Shown one piece after another: positions 1-13,273 of a stretch of DNA of 64,000 bases. Both the position numbers and the translations under genes were made by a program. The notes beneath the pieces are model-generated. The model saw only the letters and a list, made by a program, of their open reading frames with translations. It searched no databases and was not told where the DNA came from. The DNA is from Minutocellus sp. GHC0000111 (Eukaryota): the NCBI GenBank assembly GCA_977018835.1, contig OZ361258.1:3100001-3164000 (forward strand), given 5' to 3'. How positions within the stretch are numbered: the first letter of the stretch is position 1; the number at the start of each line of letters is the position of its first letter.

Positions 1-2
1 AC

Positions 3-1193
3 GCGCTACTTGTATTCAGGATGGTCCAAATTACTCTATTGTCCGGAATCACACCAGAGTCGGCTTATGGATTCACATCACTATCATCGTTTTGTGCTGT
101 TTTCATCGAACACCGGTCTCTGGATCTTGAACGAAAATGTGCAACGATATCAATGGAGTTGATCAAACGATTCGACAAATTCGCTCCCGTCATCGTTGCC
201 ATGCTCAACCATTGTTTGTTTGCCTATACCCAGCCGATCCAAGCATGCTTAGAGCAGATCAAACATTCCTACGAGCTTGGAATGAGAGGTGGCGATGCCG
301 ACTGGGCGTTGTCTATTTTGCCGCGCGTAAGTCAGGTCGGGCTCTTCTGCGGCAAGAATCTTGACGACCTGGAATCAGAAATGCGCATCAACATCCGCGA
401 GTTGACCACGTACAAGCATTATATGTTGCAGGTCAACCTTTTGGTTTTCCAAACAGTATTGAATCTGCGAGGACCTGCTGCGTCGGGCTCTAATGCCTCC
501 GAGGACGGCGATGATCCTACCATGCTCAATGGTGAAGGTATGGACCAGACCACTCTCCTCGCCGAGTTCTCAGATCGACCAATGCACAATGTCATTAGGT
601 TGTTCTACTATTGTCGAATGTACCTGTCGTACCTGTTTCGGCGCTACGATGATGCCGCCGACCTTGAGGAGAGCCACCGATCATTGATTAAAGACTTATT
701 CTTCCTCTCCAAGATGGACACCATCTACGATACGTACGAAACGTTCTATCGCGGCCTCATTGCATTCGCTATTCTACGACAAGGCACCGATTTCCGGCCA
801 GAAGAAAACGAAAAGTGGACAGGCATTGCGAAGAGGTCGATGGACCAAATGAGGACGAGTGCCGAGCAAGGTTCCGAGTGGAACTTCCGAAATAAGTACG
901 AGCTACTGGCCGCTGAGGATGCCGCCTTGAGGGGCGACGCTGAGAATGCCTGCGAGGCATATGAAGCCGCCATTGCCAAGGCCGAGGAGCACAACTTCAT
1001 CAACGAGCAAGCCTTGGCATGCGAACGATATGGTTTGTATTTATATGAGATCGGCAACGATTCGGAGGGCAAGGAACAGCTCGAGAAGGCACTGACTTTA
1101 TATGGCAGCTGGGGTGCCGCAAGGAAGGCGCAGGACGTCATGGCGCTGCTGCAGGAAAAGGAGGAGGTTGCGGCTTTGAGGGTGCAGGCATGA
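3..1193 (+). CDS. C-terminal helical/TPR region of a STAND-type AAA ATPase (COG3899-like 'multi-sensor kinase' family); 5'-partial
   Basis: The frame is open to the window edge. The C-terminal motifs LLAAE..AL, AYEAAIAKAEEHNFINEQALACERYG and LYGSWGAARKA are typical of this family. Confidence 0.65.
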   Translation, partial: ALLVFRMVQITLLSGITPESAYGFTSLSSFCAVFIEHRSLDLERKCATISMELIKRFDKFAPVIVAMLNHCLFAYTQPIQACLEQIKHSYELGMRGGDADWALSILPRVSQVGLFCGKNLDDLESEMRINIRELTTYKHYMLQVNLLVFQTVLNLRGPAASGSNASEDGDDPTMLNGEGMDQTTLLAEFSDRPMHNVIRLFYYCRMYLSYLFRRYDDAADLEESHRSLIKDLFFLSKMDTIYDTYETFYRGLIAFAILRQGTDFRPEENEKWTGIAKRSMDQMRTSAEQGSEWNFRNKYELLAAEDAALRGDAENACEAYEAAIAKAEEHNFINEQALACERYGLYLYEIGNDSEGKEQLEKALTLYGSWGAARKAQDVMALLQEKEEVAALRVQA

Positions 1194-1566
1194 TAGTAAG
1201 TAGATATAAATTTTAACGAACTGCTATCGAACAAATGCGATAGACATTGATTCATACATGTACCGGTAGGCTGGTTTTGTCAACGCTGTATCGACCTTGC
1301 CCTCTTTTGCAGAGAGAGGGGCTCGGCCAGTCAGTTCCCTCAGTCGTCAAGTCAGTCGAGTGAGTCGTAAAGGGTGCAAGCATCATCCAGCCAGCCAGCT
1401 GGCCTGCCGCATCCTCCAGCCATCCTGCCATCGCCATGCAGAGAACACGAGACGAGAGGCAGCAAGGCAGCAAGCTTCGCAAGCCGCCGACGCCTTCTGA
1501 TCTTGATCAACAGTGCGTCAGCACCGCGCCCCACAAAGAGCTCCGTGATATTGTATCACATTAGCG

Positions 1567-4500
1567 ATGAAGAGTAAGAATGGATACGGCTCTCTACCAG
1601 CCTCGGCACCATCGGATGAGGATGTAGAATCCGGACGTCGCCGACCTGCGACCTCGGTTTCCGGCACATCCGATGCATCCTCGAGTTGTGCTCGAGTGAT
1701 CCACCCTCCCGTCTCGCGGGAACGCGGAAATAGCATCTCGGGAACGCCCAAGGTCTGCCGGTCGCCTCACGGGGGCTCGGCCGTCGCTACCGGCCACGGT
1801 GCCATGAGGATGTCAGACACAACCGACAATACCGGTAGCGGGAGGGCTTCTCATCAGAGGGCCTTTTCAGCTCAGGATACCACGCCTCTCCTGAGAGGGC
1901 TGGGGCGGTCGGCAAGCCAGGGCGGAGAAAAGTCGTCGACGGAAGGTTATTTGGTACCCATCACACAGAATGACCGTGATTGCTGCGACGACACTGGTCG
2001 CAGACCAAGTCCGAGGAAAAGATCCGCAACAACAGCCGCCGCAGCTGATGAAAAGAAGAGGGGAGGATTCCTCTCCTACATCATCTATGCGGTCGTCAAC
2101 ATCATCATCTCGGTGCCAGGCCTCTATGGATACTCATCGGTTATCTTCAACCACCCAGTCTTCGCTGATTACATGAACGCACTTCCGAAGTTGGTAATTT
2201 TCAGTAGCTGTATTCACCAGCTGGGCTTTACGTTGTTCAGTACTCTGCCCTTTGCAATCGGTACCGTCCAAGATGCCGGCCTTATTTTCCTGAGCGCGAT
2301 GTCCAACATATTGGCCGAGGAAATTCTATCGAATGGAGGTACGGCGGAGGAAGTTCTGTCGACAACATTGGTGCTGCTGCCAATGGGCACAGCCTTCCTC
2401 GGGGCCATCCTAATGCTCATGGGGCGTTTCCGATTGGCCGATGCCGTGGCGTATCTTCCCATGCCCGTTGTTGGTGGATATCTGGCATTCATAGGATACT
2501 TTTGTTTGATGGCAGGGACGGCCCTGTGTATTTCAGAGTCTATGATGGAACTCAAAGACTGGGCGTACCTGCTGGATCCGCATAATTTGCTCCTTGCAAT
2601 TCCCGGTCTCCTCACAGGTTTGCTTCTCACGCTTATTTCACGTAATGCCCAATCCGATGCGACGCTACCTTTGACAATGGTGATCATTCCTGTCATATTT
2701 TACATCATAATCTTTTCGACGGGGGCTGGAATCGAAGGTGCTCGCGCGCAAGGTTGGGTAGGGGAAGAAATGCCCGCCGTCCCAGTCACTGACTTATTTC
2801 ACCTCATCGACTTTTCTCTTGTCCACTGGCGTCTCATTAGCAAAATTTTGGCAACATGGATTGGCATGGTATTCGTCGTATCCTTTGCCAGTTGCTTGGA
2901 TGTTGCAGCAATCAGCATGGACATGGGTGAGGCCCTCGACACAAACAAAGAATTGGCCACCGTGGGCATCTGCAATCTCATGAGTGGTTGTACTATCGGT
3001 TTTACTGGCAGTTATATATTCTCCCAGACGATTTTTACTTATCGGACTGGATGCAGATCCAAGTGGGTTGGTATTTTCATCATGATTATGTTCATTGTGG
3101 TTGTTGTATCGAAAGTCAATTTCCTCAGCGTGTTACCCTTGTTCTTCCTTGGAGGTGAGTGCTAAATAAAGCTTGCAAGCTTGCCTTCCTTGAGCACTTT
3201 AATGGATTTACTCGCTCAGTTTCCTCTTACTAATCCCGAGCGAAATATTTTTTTTTACAAAACACATACAGCAACACTAATCTTCATCGGTTGGGATCTC
3301 CTCTACGAATGGCTGTGGGAGGTTCGAGAAAAATTGCTTCTCACAGAGTATCTGGTTCTCATCGCTACGTTTATAGCGATTCATATTATTGGTATTGATG
3401 CTGGCATACTTTTTGGTGTGGTTGTAGCAATAATTGATCACGTGGTAACCACCGCCCAAGTGACAACGGTCACACGAGTGGTGAAGCGATCGAGAGCGGT
3501 ATGGAAGCCCGGTAAGTTTGGTCTTTTCCAACCCGGGGAGTCGTTGAGTTGTGATAAACACGATCAATGATCTGACCTTGGCACCGAGTTCTCCCTCACA
3601 TCTTGTCATCGCAATTTTCCTCCTATCTTTCCTTTCCACGCAGAGGACTGGAAATTACTTCAGGACAATGCGTATGGTAGAGTGGCGAAAATTGTGACCT
3701 TTGAGATTAAAGGATCTCTTTTTTTTTGGGAGCTCAATCCAGCTACTTCAGAATATTAGCGAGGATATTGGATTGGAGGCCACACAAGAAGAGACTCAAG
3801 AGCTGACCATGGCAAGTCCTGGCCCTCGAGGACATCCACGTCTAGCGAAGAACCATTCCTTCACTGGTCGCAATTTAATCCAGCCAAACATCCGACGTCG
3901 CCCTGACTATGTTGTTCTGGATTTATCCCACCTCAACAACTTGGACGCATCGGCTGCCCGTGGGTGTTTCCTGCAGCTTGCCAAGATGTGTGCCAAGCGA
4001 GGCATTGTAGTCTGCGCGACGAGTGCGCTCCCAAGAGTCGGGTGGATGATGCGCTCGCACGACGTTGCGTACGCTCTAGAAGAAGAGGAGCAAGTGAAAC
4101 AGTCGCTCCTTGACGCAGAGTCCGAAGTGGAAGAAACGGAGAGAGTAATTCTTTTTCTCACCGTGTACGAGGCTCTGGAATTTTGCGAAAATCTAATGAT
4201 CCAGAAATTGACCCAAAAGATTACTTCGAAGCGACCATCTTTTATCCGTCTTGATGAATTGATTGGGCCCATGGATAATGTAGGAGCTAGCGTTCCAAAG
4301 GAGACGCTGCCACATATATTTTGACATGTCTTGGGCCTCCATGATTCCGAGCTATCGAAACTTTCCGTGCTGGAGAATCAGGAATTTCACGAAGAGGTGG
4401 TGTGTCAGGAAGGAGACGTAATTTACCGACGCGATGCGAACTCCGATGCTTTCTTCATCGTCCTCAAGGGCGCTGTGGCCTTAGTCAGGGAAGACTACAT

Positions 4501-4831
4501 CAAGCCGAACCAAAATTCCACCATTGTTTCTGGTGCGGGTCAGGTGCAGATGAGCCAAAGTCCGTTGCGAACTCTGCGAAAAGCGAAGGAAATCGGAGAC
4601 ATCCGAGCCATTTTGCAGATTGGCACTATTTTTGGGTATGTCGACTTTCTCCTGGAGCGGCCACGTACCTTCGGTGTGATTGCCTCTCAGGATGGGACAA
4701 TTTTGGCAAAGATATCCCACGAGAGAATGGATCAGCTCGAGGTTACCAACCCCGATGTTTATAGAATCTTCCAAAGTGTATTGCTGCAGTCGAGTGTGAT
4801 GGAGTTGGCCAACTGTACTTGCTCTGAGTAG
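1567..4831 (+). CDS. SulP/SLC26-family transporter with STAS and cNMP-binding domains (Vsb1-like architecture)
   Basis: Multi-TM domain (YLPMPVVGGYLAFIG, D.NKELATVGICN..SG), STAS (YVVLDLSHLNNLDASA) and cNMP domain (GDVIY...FFIVLKG...FG). Introns ~3155-3270 and ~3512-3642. One extra T in the poly-T at ~3719-3727 and an in-frame TGA at 4322-4324. Confidence 0.85.
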
Positions 4832-5078
4832 AATAAATTACTATGTAGTACCGGTAGCGAGTAGACTGAACTATCAGCATTAGAAATTCTACTCGTATTT
4901 CAAAGAAATTCTAAAAACGATTCGTTGAAACTAATCTTGTATTGCCGATGTCCGTATCGCTTTAGACACTCTTTTGCGAACTTAGCTACTAGACTCTACA
5001 GAAAAGGAAATCACAGCCTGATTTTGCCGTTATGAAACATGTTAACCTTGAACCAATTCTTGACCTTTCCTCGGCATA

Positions 5079-5098
5079 TGCGCATTTTGGGACTAACA
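5079..5098. mobile_element. Orphan transposon terminus (TGCGCATTTTGGGACTAACA followed by TATA) of the Ginger-like family
   Basis: 20 bp identical to the termini at 6177, 14967, 19626 and 19815. The inner sequence diverges and no partner end is visible. Confidence 0.7.
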
Positions 5099-6177
5099 TA
5101 TATTTATCCCAGTTCGGAAACTGGGATCCCAGGCACAATCTCAGTTCGCAAACTGAGATCGATTGACAAATAATGAACACTTAGCAAGGATGATATCGCC
5201 TTTGCTTCTTTTCGCTTCATTTTTTCATTCGGCCAAAGAATGGAAAGCATCGTTATTTGCTCTGATCCCGGCGGCGGCGGTGACAATGGGGTAATGGCAA
5301 TGTTGATTTTGCTGACATTTGTATTGGCCACCGCCGCTTTTGTTATTGTTGCTTTTCGTTGATAATTTACATTTATTTTATGATGCACAGTGCAACTTTT
5401 ATTGTAGATAGATCTACCAGTGCATGCGCATGCATGCAATTTAGTTGATAAACGATTACGTAGATTCTACTTATACATGTACAAAATAATCATTCTGCAT
5501 GAGCCAACACCGGCAGCTACCATTCTGGTACTTGCCGAGAATGCCAGTTTCCAAACTGGTATTTATTATTGTTCCAGTTCGCAAACTCGTCTGGTTCCTA
5601 AATTCGGATTAGCTTATTTATCTCAGTTTCCATTCTGGTAGTATCAGTGCGCAAACTGAGATCCTATTTTGGGAACTGGGGCCTGCCGGTGTTGGCTCAT
5701 GCACAATGATTATGTACTGGTAGATCTATCTACAATACAAGTTGCACTGTGCATCATATCTTGAATTTGCAAGCTACATGTACTGGTACAGTAGCAACAT
5801 GATGCCGGCATAGCACAGATGCATGTACAGTTCATGACTTATATTTGCCAGAAGCAGCTAGCTAGATATTATTATTTATTCACTATATGTATTTAGTATC
5901 AGCTAATGCCAATTTATTGAGTATCAGCTCCGGCACTAATGTCGTCTGGACGTCTGGACCAGGTTTGGGCTGTGTTGCTTCACTATGAAAAAATGAAGCG
6001 AGGAGAAGCAAAGGCGATATCATCCATGCTAAATATTCATTATTTCTCGATTGATCCCAGTTTACAAACTGAGATTGTGCCTATGATCCCAGTTTCCAAA
6101 CTGGGATAAATAAATCCTAGTTCGCAAACTGGGATCCCAGTTCGCGAACTGGGACAGTGCGCATTTTGGGACTAACA
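5099..6177. mobile_element. Two non-autonomous deletion derivatives of the Ginger-like element joined tail-to-tail (+ ~5101-5683; - ~5684-6177)
   Basis: Patchwork of segments matching the full element (left subterminal region, ORF1 start and end, 3' subterminal region). 5684-6177 is nearly identical to ~19133-19626 and ends ...GGGACTAACA|TATATA. Confidence 0.85.
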
Positions 6178-7858
6178 TATATAACAACGTGCTCAAAAGA
6201 TACCTAGCTACAGCCATGTAGGTGCGATTTTTGACATCTTGCTTGACATGCATTATCGCACTCGTGCGTTGCGAAAAGAGGGGTTTCTATTTCTATATTC
6301 CCCCAAAAGAAAGGGGGGAGTGAGGCTGCCGATGCGGCCATGGCTGCCTCGCTCGGCTCTCGGTGGCCTCGGTGCCTTTCACGCGGCCGCACTCCGAACT
6401 TCGAAACTGCTAGCTGGCTGAGCAACCGCTGCTCCGACTCGACTCTTGCCCCGCGGAGCGTACGGCTACCTGCCGATTGGCCGACCGAGGGTGCTGGAGT
6501 GGGCTGACCTGTATCGATTTTGATTTATTTTTTTCAATTCATTCATTGATGGCCCCGAACTAACTTGGACGGCAACTCTCAAACCGGCGTCGGCGTGGGA
6601 CCGACTGCCTCTTCGACCCTGACCATCGAGATGGACGGCCCGCCAGCATCTGCCTCAACTGCTACCGCCTCGACCTTGACCGCTGCCTCTATGAACTCTC
6701 AGGATGCTGGGGCTGGCGGTGCCGCTGCCGCTGCTGCTCCCATGACAAAGAAGCGGACGTTCAGAAAGCGCAAGCGGCCGCGGGGGCAGTGGGGGTACGC
6801 CGCGAGCTCTACCGCCAGCAGCTCTACTAATACCGCCCAAGCCGTGCCGACTGCCGCCGCGAACGGTGCATCTACTACATGCATTGGAACCGGGAGGGCT
6901 ACCGCCGAGAATCCCGCCGTGGCTGCTGGTGTTAATGCTGGTGTTAATACTGGTGTGGGTGCCTCGTTGCTGCCAGCGGAAGGTAGTTTCGATCGGGCAG
7001 ACGACGACGACGACAATAATCATAACGACGGTGACGAGGAGGAGGAGATGCGAAAGGTTGGCAGCGAGCAGCCGGCGGCCGATGCTGTGGATACTGCTGC
7101 TGCTGCTGCTGCTGCTGTGGATGCTGCTGCTGCTGTGGATACGACTGCCGCTACCGGCGCTGCTGATACCGACGCTGGCACTGCCAGGAAGAATGGAGAC
7201 GGATCCGATTCCGGCGGCGGCAATGCCACCGTTGGCCGAACGGTGCCATCGTCTGTGCATGTAATGCGGGAGGAGGCGGGGCCAGTTCGTGTTGTGGAGA
7301 AGTCGGTGCTTCCCCCAGCAGCAGCATCTTTAGCAGCAGCATCGGCGGCACCAGCCGATCAGGAGGAGGGTTGGACCGCCATTGACGACGACGACGACGA
7401 TGGCAGGGCCGAGATAACGACCAAATCCAGGTCCGCTGCAACCGGCACCACCGCCGCCAATGCCACGACGATGACGGACGAGGAGTTCACCCGGCTGACC
7501 GGGCTGGCCATGCCGGCCCATCAGAATGCGACGGACGCAGCCGGGCACGTGGTGCCGCCGCTGTCCCAACCGGCGGCGGGATCGAGCCACGACTACGAGC
7601 CGAGGAACGAGGACGATGCCACGATGGGGGAGGACGAGAAGAAGAACAAGAAGAAGGACAACGGAGAGGGCGGTGGGGACGATGGCGATGGCACGGATGG
7701 GGCCGATATTGCCACTGCCAATGCTGCTGCTGGTCAGGACGAGGCAGCTGTAGCAGCAGGAAAGAAGCCCCAACCAACGGCAACGGCGCAGCAGCAGCAA
7801 CCACCACCACCACAACCACCAAGGAGACGACCCAGGTGGTACGAGGACTCATCAGATG
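6178..7858 (+). repeat. Arm 1 of a ~1.7 kb inverted duplication (partner 13274-14966)
   Basis: Reverse complement of 13274-14966. Visible differences are a 12-bp repeat-length change and one Tyr/His substitution. Confidence 0.95.
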
Positions 7859-10680
7859 ACGACGACGATTGGGAGGAGTGGCTGCGGCAGAGCGGCAGGG
7901 GTGCAGGTGGTGGCCAGTCTACCACCGGTGGGAATGCCAATTCCAGCAATGCCAACGGCCAGCAGCCTAAGGGTGGAGACGAGGAGAAGAAGGAGGAGGA
8001 TGCATGTAATGACGGCGATACCAGCCACCGCAACAAGAAGAAGAAGCAACGCCCGACCATCCGGTACGACGACATCGAGGACGGGATCGACCGGGAGATC
8101 CTCGACATGCTGGAGGACGAGGAGTTCGATGCCATTGCCGCCGAGATGAAGGAGCGGGAGGAGGCCCAGAAGCGTGCTGAGGAGGAGGCGCGGGAGGCCA
8201 GGGAACGGGCCGAACGGGAGGCACGGGAGGCAAGGAGCGGGAGGAGCGGGAGCGCAAGGAACGCGAGGAGGCCGAGGAGCGGGAGCGCAAGGAACGCGAG
8301 GAGGCCGAGGAGAAGGCAAGGAAGGAGCTGGCGGAACGTCTGCGGAGGGATCGGGAGGCTCGCCTCGCGAGGCTGAGGGCCGCGCAGTCGGCAGCTTCGG
8401 CGGCCGTGGCCGCAACGACGGCGGCACGTTCGGCTGCAGCTGCCACATCCAACAACACTTGGGCGGCGGCATCTTCGAGCTCGGTGGCGGCGTTGCATGC
8501 TGCCAATGCCGCCTACAATGCCATACCAGCGGTAACGAAGCCAACGGCCCCAGCTGTACCCGCCCCTGCACCTGCTCCTCTGCCGGTGGCGCAGCTGCAC
8601 CGCCCGCCATCTCCTTCGTCGCAGCGTTCAACTACTCGAGTCAAGTCTGAAAGCAGCCCAACAACTACTACCGGTCGGGGAACCGGCAGGCTGAAAGACG
8701 ATCGTGATTATGATGGCGCACCGATCAAGAGTGACCCTGCCGATGAAGAAGATGCCGCCTCGTATCAAGAGCGATCCTGCCAAAGAAGAGGAGAAGGATG
8801 AAAAGGAGGAGGAGGAAGAAAACAAGCCCTCTGCAGATTCAGCCTCATCTCACGCGGCAGCTCGAGCTCAGCCGGTAGACAGCTCGTCGTACTGGACCGC
8901 CGTCCGAATCAAACAAGAAGAGCATGCCGTATGGCGCCAGGAGGTTGAGGAGCGCAAGGAAAACGACAACAAGAAGATGTACGATACCATCGAAGGCAAG
9001 GCGTTTCTGTTTGTGGAGCGCGTTCTTGAGAAGCACAAGGAATTGTCGACAGGTGATGCAGCTGTCGACAGTCTCATCAGCCCCGTGGCACGTGACGACA
9101 TGACCTTCATGGCAGAGCGTATGTTTCAGGAGCAGCAAAACTTTTGGTCGGCGGGCAAGCCGACCCGTGTGGACATCGCGTATCATTACACCCGCGGTCA
9201 GAACATGGATCGAATCCGTACTGACGGTCTCATGACGCACGCCGAACGCCAAGCGAGCAGTTTTACCAGCAACTACAATGGCTCAGTCTTTGGAGACGGC
9301 GTGTACACCGGAAATGGTCCCTTTGCGTTCCGAGCGTATGGCGATGTCGGCTTGATTGTGGCCCGTATGAAGGGCGTCGTCGACAGGATTGAGATAGGAA
9401 CAGCAAGAAGAGACGCCAGTGCCGGTATCGATACTGTAATTGGCAACAAAAGGCCAAAGGGGGGCTATGTATTGCCAACAGCGTTTAGCCGGTCTGTTAG
9501 GCGTGTGATGGAAAATGAAGGTGAAATTAGCGACGAAGAGGACGAAAACGGCGATCGCTATGAGGACGAGGTTGTGCTGCAAAAGTCTTCTCAAGTCATT
9601 CCTTTGATTCGGTATTCCGCCAGTCTTCTCGATCCTAGCCAAATGGAGAGCCCGGGGAATGAACAGCTCCACACCTTTCACACAGCCTTGCAGATTGTTA
9701 TCGACGATTTCTTCAATGAAGGGCGAAAGACTTGGGTCAAAGACTATTTTATCCCACGCTATGCGAGGCCAGTTCCGCCCCCACCGCAGAACGTTTGGGG
9801 CAATCTATTTGGCCCTGGTTCTTTTACCGGGACGCCCGTTGTGCCATCTGGATCGTCCACAAGGCGAAGGGGGGCCAATCCATATTCTTTCACCGGTGGT
9901 GCTGCGCCCTTTGGGGAGAGGGGTAATCGCCTGGGACACTATAGCTCGGGGACCATCGCTGAGATTGAGTACGTTGCCCCTTACGCATTGGATGCTCCCG
10001 ACTGTGCGTATGATGAAATTGACCTCAAAGCATCTGGCGAAACAAACGATATGTGCCCCATCTGCATCGACACCTTCGCAGAAAAAGGAGGAGTTGCGGC
10101 AAAAATGAAGAAATGTGGTCATTCATTTTGCAAGGACTGTATACAGGAAGCTCTCTCGCGCAACAACAGGTGCCCTACGTGTCGCACGATTCTTGGTCAA
10201 GTGAGAGGACAGATGCCCACAGGTAAGATGTCTGTCACAAGGTCATCAATGAAGTGCAAAGGGTACGAAAACTGCCGAGGGAGTCTTGTTATCACCTACG
10301 ACATTCAAGCTGCCGTCCAACGTATCTACATGCAAAATCCCGGGGTCAAACATTCTGGAAACTACGAGACTGCCTATCTACCAGACAACGATGAAGGGCG
10401 TAAGCTCCTCGAGAGGCTCAAATATGCTTTCTCCCGAGGGCTCACCTTTGTTGTTGGCACATCTATGACCACCGGGGCAACGAACGTTGTCACTTGGGCC
10501 ACCATTCATCACAAGACTTCGCCGAACAATGGACCCCATGGCTTTCCTGATCCCAGTTACTTCGCAAATTGCAATAGTGAATTGGACAACGCCGGAGTTC
10601 CTTATTTCGAAGAATGCAAGAAGGCAAACGGGACGAAAAGCGACGACGAGGATGACGACTCGGTTATTGAGATTGAGTAG
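6631..10680 (+). CDS. Deltex-family RING-DTC E3 ubiquitin ligase with an upstream ADP-ribosyltransferase-like domain and a long low-complexity N-terminus
   Basis: RING CPIC...CGHSFC..C...CPTC (10054-10185). DTC motifs GQMPTGKM, AYLPD..EG..LL..L..AF..GLTF.VG.S.TTG, IHHKT, HGFPD. ART-like motifs YHYT / FGDGVYTG / EDEVVL. ORFs 6565, 8406 and 8704 join through single-base frameshifts at ~8233 and ~8757. Confidence 0.85.
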
Positions 10681-10739
10681 ATTTACGTAGCATTATAATC
10701 ATGAGAAATGATGGGAATCTCTATCAAGTTAGTCAATAT

Positions 10740-12403
10740 CTACAAAATTCTGAGCTCTGGGTAGAGCGACACCACCTCCTGCTCCGTCATGCTATCACCT
10801 CGTCGCTCGGGAGTCCAAAGCACCTCGGCACCAAGCAAACACTCCTCTGTCTGCGCATCGGCCGCGATACGCAGCAATGTATTCTTGAGGTCCGATCGAG
10901 ATGTTATAGTTGGTATCTTGGTCTGATCGCCTTCAATCTGGTAAATGATGGTAACGACGGCCGAAGTTGCCTTGTTTGGAGGAACCTCACCACTGACCCT
11001 ACCGACGTTATCGGCATCTTCCAAAATCTCCTCCTCGAGACCCTTCTTTCCGCCGAATTTGTTGATGGATTCTCGGTCAAACTTGCTCCGCTCGACGGTG
11101 GACAGCTGGTAGTAAGTGCGTTCGGCGGCACCTTCACTAGAAAGGTGGACATAGGACGAGGAGGCAGACGATACGGAGGCCTCCTGCCGCAACAGTTCCA
11201 GGGCAACATCGGAAACCAAACTTTGCACGCCCTTGCGCGTTCGGGTGTTGGCCTTCTTGGCAATGTTGCCAATTCTCGCGAGAGCATTGTTGGGGTCGTC
11301 CCGGTCGGAAATGTCCAGCGATAGGGTCAGACTTCCCACCGATATGCCCGGTCCAAGGGCACTGGCCACACCATTGGCGGCATCGCCGTTGGAGTTCCTG
11401 GACCGGTTGGCCTTGTACACAATCAATCCGTAGACACCAGTCAGTGCCGCATAGTACGTGAGTGGATCAATCACTTTGGTGCCTCGTCGGCTGCTCATGC
11501 TGTTGGGCGAGATTCGTTCGCCATTCTGGGTCATGAGCTCCTTCATTTCAATGACTTCTCCGCCACCCTCAGAATCCGAACCTGCTTCTCCGTTGGGATT
11601 GGCAGCTGCCTCTGCTCCACCCTCCTTGTTGGTCGTCGGTGCATCGGCAACGGCGGTTCGCGATTGTTGTAATATCCCGGCCGGGGCATAAAATAAATGG
11701 CCGGATGACGCCGATACATGCCGGGGTGGAGCATGGGGCTGGACCTCATGCCACCCCCCATGGATCCGGGACGGTGCATCGGCCGGGACATGGGCGGGGC
11801 ACGGTAGCTTCTACCAAAAGATCCACCGGCCCGTCCACCGGAACGACCGGCCAGGGCTGGATCGACCGCTCCCCCGAGGAATACGGCCGTGGCCAGTAGC
11901 AAAACGGCAAGGATGCGCCGTGCCGTCTTGGTATGCTTGCCAAGGGACGATTGGAACTCTTGCAGGTGTGCGAATAGAGACGCAAAGATACGAGCTGCGC
12001 GTGTGCTTCTGATGGGGGGTTCACCATTTGGGGAAGGCTGCAAAGAAGACGCAAATAGCATGGAGTTGGTGGCGGTAGACTTTGGACTTTGCTTCGTCAC
12101 ATCGAGCTTTGGCATCGCCGAAGAATCTGCAAAACGACCAGCATTGTTATTGAGCGACGACGTAACGAGCACTGCCCGAGATGCAATGTCGGAAAAAGCC
12201 TCCACGCCACGCCCAGCCACCAACATCACCATTAGAATCATCGTAACCGATCTGCCTACAGCGGTACCAGCACTTCTTGGCCTCGCCGAGACGCAGGAAT
12301 GACGAACGTCCTTCACCGAACACCGTTTTCGGCTCGTGCTCGTTTCTGCAGATGCGGCGGCACATCTCGTGCCGCTTTCTTGGAGCAGCGGAAAGCTCCT
12401 CAT
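10740..12403 (-). CDS. DUF1517 / FLAP1-like (fluctuating-light acclimation) plastid protein
   Basis: ALAGRSGGRAGGSF motif and a C-terminal domain with DVALELLRQ, ERSKFDRE and AEVLWTP. Signal-like MILMVMLVAGRGVEAF. Frameshift at ~11660 joins ORFs 11543-12490 and 10740-11546. Confidence 0.8.
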
Positions 12404-12688
12404 TATGGAATGGCAAACAACAGCAATAGTGCAGAGGAACAAGATGTCGTTGTTGTTATGGATGGTGGGATGGCGCAGCCAGTATCCCAATACTACCTAG
12501 CTAGCTAGGTACCTTGTAATGTGATCAGCGCCGCTGGCGGTTGATCCCCCTTATTCGTTTTTCCGGGAATGTAACGATCTGCCCCTGATTCATCATTCTT
12601 CTCGTTGCGGCTGCAGCTCCACCAAGATTGTACCACCGCCGATAGCAACGACGGCATTCATCGTCTCCAGCGCACTGAGCCTCCTGTG

Positions 12689-12720
<32 letters not shown>

Positions 12721-12840
12721 GGACTGCTACCGGTATCGCACAACATCAACAGCAGCAAGCAACTCACGAAGGAGGTGGTCTAGCAGTTCATCCTCGAGTC
12801 CTGGGGCGTGCTTTCGAATCTGTTGCATTAAATTGCTTTT

Positions 12841-13273
12841 TGGATATCGCATAGCAAACTTCACGACGACAATACAAGTGCAGGCAAGGGGGCAGATGCC
12901 GATGACGCATGCGCACAGGCGCTCAATGAGTCGTCAATAGAACTCGCTACGACTCCTACCACAAAGAAGCCGAAATCTCGCTTGGCCATGGCAGCGGCCG
13001 ATTGGCTCGAAGAGGAAGAGGAGGACGAACTGACCATGTATTGGGATCGATTCGACGCGGCCAAGGCAGCGTCCAAGACGAATGTAGGGGAGCAGGCTAA
13101 GGATAGAGCGGTGCAAGTAAGCGCAGGCCAGTCTACACCGACCTCAACAAAAGGTGGCAACGACGCTAATTTAAGCACAGAGGAGTTACTGGAACGATAT
13201 CACGAAAGTCGCGGCATCAACAAGGAAGAGGAACGCAAGTACGGAGCACAGATCGAGGAAGCCACCCGGTCAG
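12841..13273 (+). pseudogene. 5' part of a host gene truncated by the inverted duplication
   Basis: Protein-like frame (KSRLAMAAADWLEEEEEDELTMYWDRF...LSTEELLERYHESRGINK) switches abruptly into antisense of the duplicated segment at 13274. The start is uncertain. Confidence 0.6.

Noticed and set aside
6655..8650. Many long overlapping and antisense ORFs here and at 28-30 kb and 58-64 kb
   Set aside because: They are shadows of GC-rich or TA-depleted sequence, where stop codons are scarce.
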